From: Nemertoderma westbladi
Lineage: Eukaryota; Animalia; Xenacoelomorpha
Assembly (NCBI GenBank): GCA_032718475.1
Contig: JAUCBJ010002767.1
Span: 1-35,319 of the forward strand
DNA length: 35,319 nucleotides
Direction: 5' to 3'
Shown: positions 34,200 through 35,319 of the stretch, piece by piece
Layout of the letters: the number at the start of each line of letters is the position of its first letter
How positions within the stretch are numbered: position 1 is the stretch's first letter
Made by a program: the position numbers and the translations under genes
Notes under the pieces: generated by a model
The model's input: the letters and a program-made list of their open reading frames with translations, nothing else
Databases searched by the model: none
Told to the model about the DNA's origin: nothing

Positions 34200-35319
34200 A
34201 GTTAAGAATGATAATAGAAAGTAAGGAAGAAAATAGAAAGTAAGTATGAAAATAGAAAGTAAGGAAGAAAATAGAAAGTAAGTGTGAATATAGGAAGTAA
34301 GAAGAAATATAGAAAGTAAGAATAAAAATAGAAAGTAAGAATGAATATAGAAAGTAAGAATGAAAATAGAAAGTAAGGAAGAAAATAGAAAGTAAGTATG
34401 AAAATAGAAAGTAAGAATGAAAATAGAAAGTAAGAATAAAAATAGAAAGTAAGAATGAATATAGAAAGTAAGAATGAAAATAGAAAGTAAGGAAGAAAAT
34501 AGAAAGTAAGTATGAAAATAGAAAGTAAGAATGAAAATAGAAAGTAAGGAAGAAAATAGAAAGTAAGTATGAAAATAGAAAGTAAGAATAAAAATAGAAA
34601 GTAAGAATGAATATAGAAAGTAAGAATGAAAATAGAAAGTAAGGAAGAAAATAGAAAGTAAGTATGAAAATAGAAAGTAAGAATGAAAATAGAAAGTAAG
34701 AATAAAAATAGAAAGTAAGAATGAATATAGAAAGTAAGAATGAAAATAGAAAGTAAGGAAGAAAATAGAAAGTAAGTATGAAAATAGAAAGTAAGAATGA
34801 AAATAGAAAGTAAGTATGAAAATAGAAAGTAAGAATGAAAATAGAAAGTAAGAAGAAAATAGAAGTAAGAAAATAGAAAGTAAGAATGAATATAGAAAGT
34901 AAGAATGAAAATAGAAAGTAAGGAAGAAAATAGAAAGTAAGAAAAGAAGTAAGAAGAAAATAGAAAGTAAGTATGAAAATAGAAAGTAAGAATAAAATAG
35001 AAAGTAAGAATAAAAAAGAAAGTAAGAAAGAAAATAGAAAGTAAGAATGAAAATAGAAAGTAAGGAAGAAAATAGAAAGTAAGTATGAAAATAGAAAGTA
35101 AGAATGAAAATAGAAAGTAAGAATAAAATAGAAAGTAAGAATGAAATAGAAAGTAAGAATGAAAATAGAAAGTAAGGAAGAAAATAGAAAGTAAGTATGA
35201 AAATAGAAAGTAAGAATGAAAATAGACAGTAAGAATGAAATATAGAAAGTAAGAATGAAAATAGAAAGTAAGAAGGAAAATAGAAAGTAAGAATGAAATA
35301 GAAAGTAAGGAAGAAAATA
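34200..35319 (+). repeat. A-rich 19-bp satellite (GAAAATAGAAAGTAAGAAT)n running off the window end
   Basis: Direct inspection; variant units recur in a 6-unit (114 bp) pattern. Confidence 0.93.

Overview
AT-rich eukaryotic (probably invertebrate animal) DNA; the species cannot be determined from sequence alone. The first ~23 kb is a nest of decayed transposons: a rearranged BEL/Pao LTR element, RTE-like LINE copies, two piggyBac-like TTAA MITEs with ~163-bp internal repeats, a Ty3/Gypsy pol split by a solo LTR, a hAT MITE and a large inverted duplication interrupted by a LINE. It surrounds one intact, intronless host gene encoding a type II transmembrane fibrinogen-domain protein (10502-11575, minus strand). 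The last ~12 kb is satellite. A ~9.2 kb G-rich 19-mer array (GGAGGTAGGGAGTGGGGAT)n degrades into G/T low-complexity sequence, then becomes an A-rich 19-mer array (GAAAATAGAAAGTAAGAAT)n, which is the same unit with G>A changes only. This is either a real satellite or telomere-like transition, or a long-read basecalling artefact. The other main observation is a BEL/Pao derivative bounded by two inverted copies of the same LTR end with a clean 5-bp target site duplication (TSD). All alignments were done by eye, so boundaries marked ~ are approximate.
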